Assembly: GCA_973851085.1 (NCBI GenBank)
Contig: OZ316775.1
Span: 7,006,001 to 7,070,000, forward strand
Length of the DNA: 64,000 nucleotides
Direction: 5' to 3'
From: Ptychomitrium polyphyllum
Lineage: Eukaryota
Shown: positions 28,071 to 41,400 of the stretch, in pieces
Layout of the letters: every line of letters starts with the position of its first letter
How positions within the stretch are numbered: the stretch's first letter is position 1
Program-made: the position numbers and the translations under genes
Notes under the pieces: generated by a model
The model's database searches: none
What the model saw: only the letters and a program-made list of their open reading frames with translations
What the model was told of the DNA's origin: nothing

Positions 28071-28655
28071 CTCCAACTCTTGTTGTGTCTTCATCTCCCG
28101 CACTCCTTCTAGTTCACCTTCTAGGTCCTCATGCACATATATCATTTCAGTATTCATGAGTTTCTGAATTGGCTGATGTTATTGCGCTTTATAAGTATCC
28201 GCTGAATTGCAATCCTAATCCTAGGACAGACTGTCTTAGTCTCCCGTACTTCCATTAGGCCATCTTCTAGATCCTCAGGTACTTTATCATTCCAGCATAA
28301 GTTTCTGAACTGTTGTTAAGGATGCAAGAGACTGGCGCTCGGCAAGGATCTAGTGCATTGGAATCTCAACCCTTGCAATGCAATTTGCAATCCTATTTCT
28401 AGCACTGCCTTGATCGTCCGCATTTCTTTTAAGCCGTCTTGTAGAAGCAAGGTCCTCAGGCACTTTTCTCGTTCCAGCAGAATACGTTTTAGAATTGGCT
28501 GAATGGACGTAAGAGACTGCAAGAATCCGGTGCATTCCAACTTAACTCTTAGACTGCATTCCTTCACCTCTTGCTTTCAATCAGGTCATCTTCTAGATCT
28601 TCAGGCACTTCTCATCATTCCTGCATGAGTTTCTAATCTGGCTGATATGGATGCT
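28040..28655. repeat. Degenerate ~155-bp tandem repeat (~4 copies) spanning the hydrolase stop codon and 3' UTR
   Basis: Recurring blocks tgcaatccta.., (ca)tcttctag(a)tcctcagg(c/t)ac(t), tcattcc.gcat(g/a)agtttct.aa.tggctga. The core block recurs at ~28115, ~28260, ~28435 and ~28585. Confidence 0.75.
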
Positions 28656-31160
28656 TATGGTTTGCGCTCTGGCTTCTCTGCGAGGACTCTCCTTCGCTAT
28701 CCTTAGTCTATTCTTCGCTTGGTTTTACGGCATTTTCATCTTGCTTGCAGTCGCTATCTATGTCTGGCTGCACTTGTATGGCAGCTTTAGAGTCGCAAGA
28801 AGATTTATTCATTTCTTAGAAAAGAAAGCATCATACACTTTGAAGTTTTCCTTTTTATAGTGACATGAATATTACCAGTAATATTTGAAGCTCCAACTGT
28901 AATTATTAACTACTGTACATGTTCATTTGTACTAGGTGGTACGAGTAGTGTTGGTTTGTTTCCCTATGTCGAAAGGAACTTAATCGTGCTGCTTTTGATA
29001 ACGTTGTATTGACTGTAAGCTTTCTTCAGCATGAATGGTTCTTGACTCAGTTGCTCTCTAGTTTCTCTGTAGTTGATTTACCTTGAAGGTAGAATTTTGG
29101 TCCTATACTGGATTTGCTGTTGTTCTCATTACAGAGCCTGAGTAGAGATGGTTGGTTTTAGGATCTCACATAACTAGAATGGTTTCAAAAGATTGTCAAT
29201 CCTTTCTCTAGTCATGCATCTGGAATTGGCTCAATGCATTGTTACTGGTTGATGTGGTTTCTAAAATGTAGTGTTGGTTTCAAATGTCATGTCCTTGGCT
29301 TTGGAGTCAATAGTACTGAACTGCTAGTTGGTATTTAGCATCCTATGGCGTTTACTGTCACTTTATGGATGACGCTATTCGCAAATAGTGTAAAAAGTGC
29401 GTTGCTGTTCCAATCAAATCAAATTGTTGGTGACACGGGTGCAGCAGTTTACATTTTGTATGAACGCAAGTAATTTAGAATTGGGAATATTAGATACATA
29501 TACATGCAAATTGATTGATCTTGATCTGAGATACAGTATTTTCCAATATTTTTCAAAGGAATTTGTTTTAAACTTTTAGGAGTCTTCTTCATAAAAGAAG
29601 AACAATTTAGTTGCAATATAGAAGAAGAATTCCAGTTCTTCATGAAACTAGTATGAATGGAGGAATTTTACATAGCAAGTAGCTTTGTTCAAAAGGCATA
29701 GATGGGTAGTTTAGAAATAATATTCTTTACTTAGAGGTAGATGTTTTAAGATTGAGCATGTTGTAAAAACTAGTGTTGTAATTAAAATTTGTGTTTAGTA
29801 CTTTGATAAAAATGTTTTTATTAATAGACATATTTATTGTTTCAAGATTCAACTTTATGACATTTTCAAATGCAAAAGTTTGATGTACTTAAACTTCTTG
29901 TATTAAAGAAATGACATTCAAGCTGACTTGTTCTTAAAGAGACAAAAAAGATGGCAATAAGAAAAACAAGTAAAATTTTGTTTAATGTTTCATTCTAAGC
30001 ATAAAATTTATGAAACCAACAAAATGCAATCAACTTTATAATTGTTGCTATAACACCAACAGTAATATTAATTTTTTTACAAAAAAATTCTATGCTCCAA
30101 AGGAGAATAGTGTAAAAAAAAGTTTTTAAAAAATTCATTGCACCTTAACTTTTTCTAAGAAAATTTTGTTTAGTTATTTCAAATATTGCCAAGATTTCTA
30201 TATTACATTTGAGAATTGGAAAATCACAGGAAATAACGTTCTAATTCAACTGATATTTCTAAATCTGAAAATGAAAGTTTAGATCAAATTCAACATATGT
30301 TTATAGGAACAACCACAATACTACTTTATCTTCAAGTGAGTGAACATTTTTCATTCAAGTTTTTTTACGGAAGAGAGCATGTTGAAGAATGCTTAGATTT
30401 TAAAGAAAGAAACCTATTATTTCGAAAGCCTCTTACATTGGACAATATTTATTAATTTATTAATTTGTTCATTATTTTATTTAGTTGCAGGAAGGCATTC
30501 TACAAGTCAAGGTATTTCTGCTTCAAAAGTGATGCATTCAATCTACTCAGAGGTTACTCTGTAAGGGGAGGAACCAGCCTGCAAAAAGGAATCTTCATCA
30601 TACATGGATGTCATTATAAAAACATCACTTCACTCCAACCATTCATGTGATACAAATAAAATTGTGAGGGTAGCACGCATGAATACATATGAAGTGGTAA
30701 AACATAACATTGTTGTTTAAAAAGGTCCTGGACGTACAGTTTAACCTTATACAAAAAAACAAAAGTGCATTTCAAAATACAATTTTAAGAGCCTTTGGGC
30801 AGTTCTTTACTCCTCTCTCTTTGCTGAAAGCAACATATTCATTTGACTGAAATCCTGTTCGAGTCTAAAAGCTACGCACAACCATATCAAGAGGCACATT
30901 TTGCATCTTTATACTGAATAACTACTAGTTCTAAAAATAGACTTTTTGCGAAGGGGCAAAAACTTCACTTCCACAGGTTTTGGAAAAAAGAACTTCCCCT
31001 GTCGTTGGTGTCTAATATTAGAAACTGTTTCTTCAGAAACTAATCCTTGCATGCCTTGTTGAGAGAAACTTCTCAATGGAAATTCACGTGGGCCTTTCAA
31101 GCTGCAACCTGACCGGATGGTATTGGTGATTGTTACCGTGTGAACACCTTCAAATGTGTA

Positions 31161-31350
31161 CTCTTGGGACCTGATGCACTCTTGGGACCTGATGCACTCT
31201 TGGGACCTGATGCACTCTTGGGACCTGATGCACTCTTGGGACCTGATGCACTCTTGGGACCTGATGCACTCTTGGGACCTGATGCACTCTTGGGACCTGA
31301 TGCACTCTTGGGACCTGATGCACTCTTGGGACCTGATGCACTCTTGGGAC
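31161..31350. repeat. 18-bp perfect minisatellite (ctcttgggacctgatgca) x10.5
   Basis: Ten identical copies plus a 10-nt partial. It explains the five repetitive ORFs in the track. Confidence 0.97.
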
Positions 31351-34098
31351 TTGCGCTCTGAAGCTTGAAATAACTGCAAAGCCAGCCCATTAGAAAGACT
31401 AGAGTGCAGAAAGTGCACTGAAAGCTTCCAATTAAGCTTGAGGGAGGGTGTAAGAGTTCAACTACTCAACTTTGAACCCCCTAACTTAGCATTTAACCTT
31501 AGTGGCGCACACCTTGTACTGAAACAAGTTTGGGAAACAGGAAAATTGTCCTACAATCAAAATGTCCCACTTTTCATTATATGACATTTAGAAAGTTTGG
31601 TGTCATATTGATGAGGTTTTCAAATTTTAATCAAAATAAGTATAGAAAACTCTAAAAGTGTTATAAAGTATTAAAAGTACCCTTTATGTTTGCCAAAATT
31701 TGTTTATTGAGCTTTGTTTATGGCAACCAACCCTAATTGCCGCACAAGCCCTAGCTACCATCCAAATATTACTTGCCATCTTCAAATTGTAGCCACCATT
31801 TTCTAACCTTAGATTTTGGAAGTTCTCATAAGGCTTCAATTGCAAATGAATGTAGTTTCATATATTTTTTCAAATGTTCATCAGTTTAAATAAATTTCAT
31901 TTACATTAAGCATTAATTACCTCTATTATATGATAGATGGAGGATCTTGGTTGTTGTATCACAATATGCCATAGTTATGTTATAGAAGAGTTTCGAACTA
32001 AATAAATCAATTGTGTAAAAAAATATTGTATAATCAAGGTTGTCATATATTTAAATGTTGTAATAGCAAGCTTAGACTCTTATTGTAAATGAACATTCTT
32101 TTGTGCTACATTCTAGTAGCCAAGTCATGTGCATACATGGGCATTTTAAAATGTAAGTGAAGGATAAATTACATGGCATGGAATAGTAAAATTTTGTGCA
32201 CATTTATGCAAATTGTCCATCTCTTTAAAAGACTTAATTTTTAAATTATTTCCAAGAATATATAAGAAAGAACAATAAAAGGAATAAATTAAGAGATTTA
32301 TATATGCATTAATCATAAAAAAGAACTTGTATTGTTTAAACAACTAAAAAAATTTATTGTAAAGATTTTCATTTTAAATTTATTTATACATTTGATTTTC
32401 TACATTTCTAAAAGAAAGTTGTATTCACTTCTATAAATATCCACTTGTTTATTTTTATAAGAAGGTTGCATGTTCTTATAATAGCCACTGCTTCAATTTT
32501 TATTATGCACTCATTTTGAAATTCCAAGCACATATATTGAATAGTTTTTGAAAATTTGACACTTGTATAAAATTAGAAAAATTAAAAGTATATGAATACA
32601 AAATTTCGATTAAATATCAAATATATATATTAATGATTTGAAAAGGTTATGATTTGAAAAAGAGTATTAATTATATTTTTTGTATTTAAAATTTTGTTGA
32701 TTAAATCTTGTTTTTGAATTATATTTAATTTCTTACGAATTTGAGTTGTAATAGATAAACAAAAAATATATACACCATTATGTTATTTAAAAATATATGA
32801 TAGCTTAAATTAACCACAATGTAGCAAATTTCATATATTATGTTATTTTTTAGCTTTTGTAATTAATGATTTGAACATTTCAAACAACTATGAAATATTC
32901 CACATATAATTGCAATGTTATACATTAAAAGTATAACATTGCAATTATATGCTACGTGTTAAATTTATAATTAAAGCATAATTGGCTCAAAAATTAATAG
33001 TGGTCTAAAAACTATAAAAAATATGGCAAGGAGATGCTTAAGGAGTTAGTTGCTATACTAGACTTGATGTCATATTCAAAGACAATTGTTCCCTCCAATT
33101 CCAATTCAAATTAAGAGATCTTGCTCAATTTGTTGTGTTTGTAAAAAGCTATCATGAACTTGGTCTTCTTACCTTATTGTTATTTATTTGGTCCCTTGGT
33201 TAATTAAATAGTTTTAAAAGCCCAGAGTATAGTCATAACAAACTCCACCTTATATATAAGATGGTAAAATAATAAAGTAATATACAAAAATTATATCTAT
33301 TAGAATTTTGACATGGACAATATGTGGACAATACTTGCAAACATATTTTTTTGGAAGACCATCCTATCCACTACTACATGCCCAATTTGTAACCTATCAA
33401 AATTTGACACATGATTACATGCATTATAAAATGTTAAACCATTATGTGAATGTGTTTAGAACCAATAGATACAATGCAAGCAAGAAATAAAAAATTACTT
33501 GATTTAAAAAACAGACCTAATGCTACACTTTCATTAATGCTAGTACAATCAATAAAAATATTTTAGGAAATACAATCCTTTCACACTTATTGCCATTTGC
33601 TGAAATAATAAAAAATGTCTATATAACTTACAATTCAAACCATACACACTATGTGTCAAAAAATTCCTACATCAATAAAATCTTTTACATGGCCTTGTGT
33701 CAAAGGTTTCAGATTTTTACTTTATTATACAATACATTAAATTGACAAATTATAACAAATAGATTTCTAATTGCAATTTTGGACATTTTAAGAGTCCAAT
33801 TAATTCTTACTTATTAAAAAAAGGTGTTTATAGCTTTTAACTCTTAATACAAAAAAACCTTAATATGACTTTAAATTCATTGACAATCATGTTAAATAGT
33901 AAAGTGCTTAAAACGCACAAAATTCTAAGTGACACAAGTAGTGATAAAAATTCATTAATTAACTCTATAATGAATTTAATAGTCATAATAAGAAATGTTC
34001 ACCCTCAGTAAAACAAAATAAAATAAGATAAAATAAGATAAAATAAGACACTTCCAAGAAATCAAATTACGATGACAATCTTTAAGAAGATAAAGAAA

Positions 34099-34170
34099 TT
34101 CTGACGAAGACTGGAGTAATATATCTTCTGAAAAAGACTGGACGAATATATCTTCTGAAGGAGACTGGAC
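34099..34170. repeat. Imperfect 27-bp tandem repeat x~2.7
   Basis: ttctga(c/a)..agactgga..aatatatc unit repeated at ~34099, ~34126 and ~34153. Confidence 0.7.
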
Positions 34171-35094
34171 TGAGAATAAAAACAGAGACAGAAAAATGCA
34201 GAAAGCCAATGCCGTCTATTTTGGCCACGTTGGTCCAGAGCGTTGTAGAAAAGCCATGATGGTTGTCTGTCCGCAAGCGCCCCTGTGCACGGTTATTTAT
34301 AGTATCTCGTGGGTGGAGTGCTTTCCTCTACACATACGGGACGGCTGCGCTGCCTGCCCTCCAAGATACCCCCCGTGACCCACTGGGTCGATCTGGGCCC
34401 GGTGAATCGGACGGCCCGGTCGGGTCGGGTCGGGTTGGGTCGGGAAAGAAGGGGCCGAGAACCCTGACCAGGGCCAGTGTGTGCAACACGATATTCCTTG
34501 ACAAGCTCGAATACCCGCTTAGCTCTCCAGTGTACCCGCCTCAGTCTCACCCTGTTACCCTCCTGAACCTACAAGTGTACCAATCAGTAGCAACAGATTA
34601 TCACATGAGTATGGCACGAGTACCAGAGTGGTATCAATCGATAAATACGCGTCCCAGGACTCTTGGCAAGAGGAGACTGTGCGTGAGACAGAAGGAGGAA
34701 GAATGAAGAGCTGCTCGGTTTGCGTTGTCTGTGCGAGAGAGGAGAGGCTGCCAAGCATCGCGCTTCCGGGATTCTGCGCGGACTGATTGTTCGCTGCAAG
34801 CCATCATCGCCATCGACGATCGCGGTTGTTTTGATTGCGAGTGCTCGCTGGTGTTTTTCATTCGGAACGGTACAATTGTAAGCAATCGCAAATGGATTTC
34901 TCATTTCGTTGGTAGCTGTGAGGTTGTGCATCGTGTCGGTTCGGATACGGGGAGGTTTGGCGAGATTTGCGGGTACGGACGGGGAGATTTTAAGCGATGA
35001 GGTGTAGGAAGCGCTGTAGATTGGCTCTTGGGCGAGGACGCGTGTGAGTCGTGGTGACGACCGGGAGCGAGTGCGGGAGTGGAGCGAGGGCGAC

Positions 35095-35290
35095 GGGACG
35101 AGACAGAGTCAGGTAGAGAGAGAGAGAGATAGAGAGAGGAAGAGGAGAGTAGAGGGGAGAGAAAGAGAGGGAGAGGGGAGAGGGGAGAGGAGAGGAGAGG
35201 TGAGTAGAGGAGAGACAGAGGGGGGATAGAGAGAGTGAGCGAGACAGAGAGACAGAGCGACAGAGAGCGAGAGGAAGGAGTAGAGATTAG
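35095..35290 (+). promoter_or_regulatory. GA-rich tract (GAGA/BBR-BPC-type element) in the PRT6 promoter or 5' UTR
   Basis: ~200 nt of almost pure G/A (gagagagagaga, gggagagggga...) 200-400 nt upstream of the PRT6 ATG. Confidence 0.55.
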
Positions 35291-35435
35291 CAGGAGTTCA
35301 TTTTCTTTCTCGTGTGGACTTGACAGGACTGTGTTGTTTTTTTGGAGAAGAGTGGCGGTGGTGGCGGTGAGAGAAGGTGGGGAGGTGAAGCCCGAGGTGG
35401 AGGCGGTTTTGGAGGTGGAGTGATCGTCGTGGACA

Positions 35436-35459
35436 ATGTGTGAGCGGAAGCGGATGTAG
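35436..35459 (+). other. Short upstream ORF MCERKRM* before PRT6
   Basis: acaATG TGT GAG CGG AAG CGG ATG TAG. It ends 31 nt before the main ATG (35491) and is out of frame with it. Confidence 0.5.
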
Positions 35460-35490
35460 GTTGTCGTGCGAGGGCCGGGCGCTGGGTGCC

Positions 35491-38400
35491 ATGGAAGGGC
35501 ACGTGACGGGTAGTTCTTCCGCTGGGACCAGCACAGGCGGAACCTCAACTACCGGTAGCAGCGTGATTTCGGTCACATCTTCAAGCTCCACGGAAGCAAT
35601 TATCCAGGTTAGTTCTCGGACGCGCTTTGCAACGAGCTCACGCGTCTTTCGGTTGTCTGAATTCTTCTATCACATTGTGTTCAATGCCGCCAACGAGTGC
35701 ATTCCGCATTGAATTGGACTGTGCTACACAGGTAATATTCGTACTTCCTCACAAGTCGACTTGACAATCTGAGCGAAATTTCCTATAGCGACTGACTTAT
35801 TGCAGGTGCGTGCGATTGAGGGTAATGTGATTTATGGTATCTCCGAGTAATTTGATCAAAGACTTGGTCACTTAGCTACACAACAGTTTCTATGCGGAGA
35901 GGTGATTCTAGTTGTGCTTGAAGATCGAAGTAGCTCTGGTCATTGGTGGGAAGCGCATGGTGTAAGTTGTGGATGCGGTGCTTCCACTCACTAGACTCGT
36001 TGCTTATTTATAGACTGGCTAGAGGTAGTGCTTAGATTGCTTAAATTCCATGATACTAGAGCGAGATGCCGAGCGTCAATAGGAACTCTATATTCTAAAA
36101 TGAATATGGTAGAGCAATTTATGCTTAGGATTAGGTCATTTGACCAGCGTTTTCCCAGACTGAGACATGCAGCAGCTCGTTTTAGAGGTCGAGCTAGTTG
36201 AAATTCACGATTCGGACAGGATTGCATTGATGTTAAAATGTCATTATTGGTTGTCTGCAAACCTGCAACCATAGCGTTCTGTTATCGGAGTGAGAATTTT
36301 ATCAGTCCAATGCGTCGCGTGATTAGTATATCAAGAGTTGATTGTCTTAAGTCGAGGATCTCTTTCCACGCTTGCTATGCTACTGTAGGTTCACAAAAAC
36401 ACGTCGGATTGCTGCGATATTTCATCGCTATAATTCAGTCGAAACTGATATTCCCAAGTAAGTCTGTATGATGAGGTAGATGCCTAAATCAGGTGATATG
36501 CTATATATTGAATGTCGGTGCATTGGTGGAGATGTGGATTTTTGAGATACAATGAGTTTTCCTGTCAAGAATTAGTTTTTGTTTGCATCTAGGTGGTAAC
36601 AGTGTGTGATTGTAAGTGGATATCGGCAACTGCCTTCTGTTATTGAACACGGTTGTGTTATGAGGTTGTGACTTGTTTAGGGCACAGGTCTTGAAGAGCT
36701 GGGAAGATGCGCTGTATTGAATAGTATTGCTGGATTGTGGTAATCAGTAATATGGAGGGTTGGATTCTTTGCTGTTGTTGATGACACTCTGATATGTGTC
36801 TGGGTAGTTGTGTGCTTAAGTGGCGCACGAAATGACCTATTGTTTGCTTAAAATTAGATTACAAATTGACAACTGTTTGATGGACGCATTGACGTAAGTC
36901 GTTGAATATCGAATTAGAGAATTATTTCTACTAGGAAGTTGGAATTGAAAGCGTGATCTTTGCCTGTTCTTACAGAGATTGATCAAGTGTGGAGTCCCGG
37001 CAGAATATGTGGAAAGGGGCCAAGCAGGGGTCGCAGACTACGTGAAAAATCACAGGCTTCAAGTGCCTGGAGTGATAAGTGGCCTGTTTCCTGGACCAGA
37101 GGAATTGCAGGCTGCTTCTGCATCAGGAGCTGATGAGGCACAAGGACCCGGTACACGAAAGGAGTTCCTGAATCAGTGCAGGGATGCAATTACTTGGGTT
37201 AGGTGGACTATGTTTCAAGGTGAACCACAGGCTATCTTGGAAGGGGCTGGGCAAGGAAGTGGGGGTGCAAGAGGCGTTTGTGGAGCTGTCTGGGGTGTCA
37301 ATGACATTGCATATAGATGTCGTACTTGTGAACATGATCCTACATGCGCCATTTGTGTGCCTTGCTTTCAACTTGGCAATCATTCTACACATGACTACTG
37401 TATGATCCGCACTGGAGGAGGGTGCTGTGATTGTGGAGATATTACGGCTTGGAAACAGTCTGGATTTTGCTCAAGGCATTGTGGGTTTGGTCAGGCTGCT
37501 CCTTTGCCGTCGTCCATTGTAGAAGTGGCTACTCCAGTACTCGAGGCTCTCTTGCTTTACTGGGTTCAACGACTGAAGGCAGCCGATGCAGTGACGGAGG
37601 GAAAGTCTAGAAAATGGAGTCTTTTAACGGTGGAGGAGAAGGTGGCTTCGCAACTATCGGTGGTTTGTGTTGAACTGTTATTGGAGTTTTGCGGGTTTGG
37701 TGAAAATATGCTAGCATTTACAGCAAAATTGATGGGGAACAACGAATCCGGAATACTGGATACCTTAATGAATACCGAGTGCTTCTTGCCGAAGGCTGTC
37801 AGTACATCTTTACACGAGTTGTTATACAAGCTTCTAGGAGATAGCAGTTTCAAACTTTCATTTGCGCAAACTTTCATTTCGCACTATCCCAAATTTTTAC
37901 AAGACTCTGTTGCCGAAGAGAGTGCAACAACTGGAAGCACCTCAATGAGCAAGTATCGTGAACAGGCCATTCTTAATAGCTTTTCTGTCCAGCTATTTAC
38001 CGTTCCGACTCTCACACCAAAATTGGTCATGGAGTCAGGACTTCTAGATATGCTGCTTGATACTTTGAAAGAGTTCTTCCGTGCTTGTGCTGGAGAGGAT
38101 GGCCGACTTTCGGTAAACTTCCAAACCCTTTTCTGGGGTTGTCTACGAAATGACGGCTTATTAGGAGCTGAATCGTATTGCCCATGGAACAAGTTTTTTG
38201 CCTTTTTGAACTGTATATCTTGTAGGAAGTTCTGTATGATTGCTGTCTGATGCTAAATGCAATTGATGATACAGTAATTGTTTTCCATTGCCAGTTGCAA
38301 ATCTGCTTGGGAATTATCGTATGGTTGTAGTCATCGTGCAATGCTTTTAGGAGTAAGGGGTATAATGATAAAAATTCTGGAATGTCGGAAGAAAGAGTCG

Positions 38401-41400
38401 AGCTGAGATTTCTTTCGGATTACTGTGGATCTGATTGCAGGTGAGTAAGGGTCCAGTAGTCAAACGCCTGTACTTCCGAGTACTAGAGGACATAAGATAT
38501 GTAATGGGTCATTTGGAGGTGGCAAAGTATGTCGCAGAAAAAAAACCTGAACTGTCAAGAGCATGGCTTCACTTGCTTGCATTTGTTCAAGGTATGTATC
38601 CGCAGCGGCGCATAACGAGTATTCACGTGGAGGAAGAAAATGAAGATTGGGGCTCTGCCTATTTTTTGGAGAATCAAATGGCTACCATTCATCCTCTTTT
38701 CGTTGCAGGAGCAGCTTCAGCTTGCAATCAATACCCGAGACTTGAGCCGATGTCTTTATCCAAGTCTAGTGGTAGCTGTGAGTCTGGGAGTAAGGTACCG
38801 AGTAGTACGGAGTTGTTGAGTCGGCCTGTCAAAGTCGGGTGTATTTTGCGAGAACGTAATGCGACATCTGGTGCAAGAGTCAGTGGTTCTTCGCTATCAG
38901 GTGTGGAAACGCGTGATGTTGTTGTCACAATCGATGCTATTGAGAATACTTTTAGTGAGGATACACCACAGCCAACTGAGGAAGAGGATATTAGGGGTAT
39001 CCCCAATGCAGGGATCTCAATGACACCTTCTCTGGCGTTGCTCATTTCTGAGTGTACTCAGGTACTCGACACTTGGCTAGCTTTAGATGCCGCTAGAGAG
39101 TTGGCGAAGTCAGGGGAATCTGGCCTTGAAGGCGGCCAAGAATCGGGGTCACGAAGGGGAGTCCCATGGCGGTACAGAGTGGGCAGAGGGGAGTTGGTTC
39201 CGCCGACCCAGGATGCTGCTAATCCTGCCTCCATTACCGAAGGGGACGGTCCTCCTCCAACACGAGGTGGCACAATTCGTAACTGGTTACGGCGTAGCAG
39301 GCGTTTTCCAGTTCTTGAGCCACGCGTGTTGTCAGAAGCTGTTCCAGAAGATGTTTTTGGATCCACTGCTACAGCAGGAAATTCAACTGTGTATATGGAT
39401 GTTGATGCATCGAAGGTAAGATCAAATTTGTCCAATTCCCTACTTTCTTTGTTTGAAAATTTGGGCACTTTGTGCGTTTCATCCATTCAAGCATTATAGT
39501 TTTGTTCAGGTTTCTTGACTCTGCAAGTTTCCTTTTGGCTTACGAAGACTGGCATTGCAGGTAGCGGCTGGTGAAGCAGGGACAAATACAGATATTGATC
39601 ACGATGCAGGGTCGAAGACGGATGCCGGGGCTACTGAATGGTGGATGGGATTAGAAGCAATAAACCCATCACCGACAGTTGGTTGTGAAGACGACGAGTG
39701 GGGAGTTGTAGATTTTGATGTTAGCCGTCAGGAGGTGTCCTTTCACATTCCATTGCATCGTATGCTCGGACTTTTACTCCATAAGGCTCTTGACCTTCAT
39801 GCTGTGGGCAAAGAAATAACCCCTGGCACAGGCTTCACTTTTATAGATATTCATACCCCTGGCGAGAAGTTTTTGGCACAGATGTTTCAACCAGGGTTCC
39901 AGGTGGCAGGGTTCATATCTGTGCTGATGGAGCATCCTCTTCGTCTGCAAGTCTTATGTGCCCAGGTTCAGGCTGGTATGTGGCGTCGCAATGGACACTC
40001 AACCAGTGGTTTGTGTGACCTCTATCATACGGTACATTGGTAAGCTGTTGTCCCTGGTGAAGACATTCAGGTTATAGCAACGCTTCTGATGTTGGGGTTC
40101 TTGGCAGTCAAGCACTTCATTAATTAGTGCCTTATGATATGGAAGTTGTCCAAAGTGGTGAAGATCTAAGATTTACATTGCTGGAATTACCAGGTGCGAA
40201 GACAGTCTCGAGCTCGACTTGTTTCTGTTGCAGTGTTGCGCAGTAATGGCACCTTGTGAAGATTTCGTTGATCGTCTCCAAGCTCGTTTCTCACTGTCTG
40301 ATTTTTTTACGCTTGTGCTCTGGCGCCCCAACGAGTATGAATTTTCTAACCAGCCGCGTCATTTTTGTACTTGTCAGTAAATGATTACATGTTAAGAACA
40401 GCCGTTATCAAATTCGACTTGTGTCTGTTGTGCCCTGTACAGAGTTATTGTTCGTTATCTCTGAATGCGCACGAAACCTCTTTCACTGTGCAAACTTTTA
40501 TTTTCTTTTCTTCTCCTGTGAACTGGCTACGTTTATCTATAGCTAGTGTGTAGGTCTAGATTCAACTCGTTACTCTGACCAGGTGGTAGCCATGCAGTAA
40601 ATGCCCTAACTGGCAGGCATTTGTGCTGAAGTGCTGTTGTCGAGATCACTTGGCATCGACTAATTGTGCAGTTATGCCAGAGTGTCGACAGGTTGGGCTT
40701 TTGCTTTTTGGTCCATCTGTGGCCAACAACCCTATCTTGATAGTTCAGTTCGTACGCCATGGAAATCTATGGGAATCAGATGGACCCACACTACTCGATA
40801 GTATGTAGGTTGATCCCCCTAATGAGTCAACCTAATCCCTCTTATCTCGAACACAACCACTACCTATTTCAAGTTAGGATTTCACTTCATGTGTTGGAAT
40901 GTGTTAGAGGATTTACATGCTAAGAGTATAGTTGGATGGACTCATGCACGACTAGACTTAAGAGGACTTTATGCACATGGATCTACGTCCAAAGGCATGA
41001 ATGTTTGTGGTTGTAGAAGGTGCAACATGGTGTACTTGGAAACCAGTTCATGATGTATTGGTAATTGAAGGGTCCGGTTGGTATAGTGGTTTATGATCTT
41101 AAACTGCTTGTAAAAATGAATTTATATTATATGCGCGAGTTGAAAAGGTGAAGCTGCGATTATCCCTATTTTATGAACTGAGAATTAGCATTTTTTCAAG
41201 CTCAAAGCAATTAACTTTGTGCTGTTACGGCTTTGTTTGTAAAACTTAATAAGAAGTCTTTAAGACATGAACGCTTATTAACTACATATTAACTTTATAA
41301 TTCAGGTACGAAGTGACGCTGGCACAGGAGCTACTAGTTCTGATGATCAGATTGGTGTCAGAACGGGGTTTTTGCGGATTGACAGAAGTGGAAGCTTTAC

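Noticed and set aside
31133..31390. Repetitive ORFs (SASGPK, LGPDAL, HQVPRV, MHSWDL repeats) as real proteins
   Set aside because: All arise from the stop-poor 18-bp minisatellite, and none has independent coding support.
34196..35591. Many overlapping ORFs (up to 215 aa) upstream of PRT6
   Set aside because: The GC/GA-rich promoter and leader yields stop-poor, low-complexity frames with no domain signatures.
40640..40793. H/ACA snoRNA reading of the intronic hairpins (ACA at 40788)
   Set aside because: There is no ANANNA H box between the hairpins. It is kept only as a structured candidate exon.
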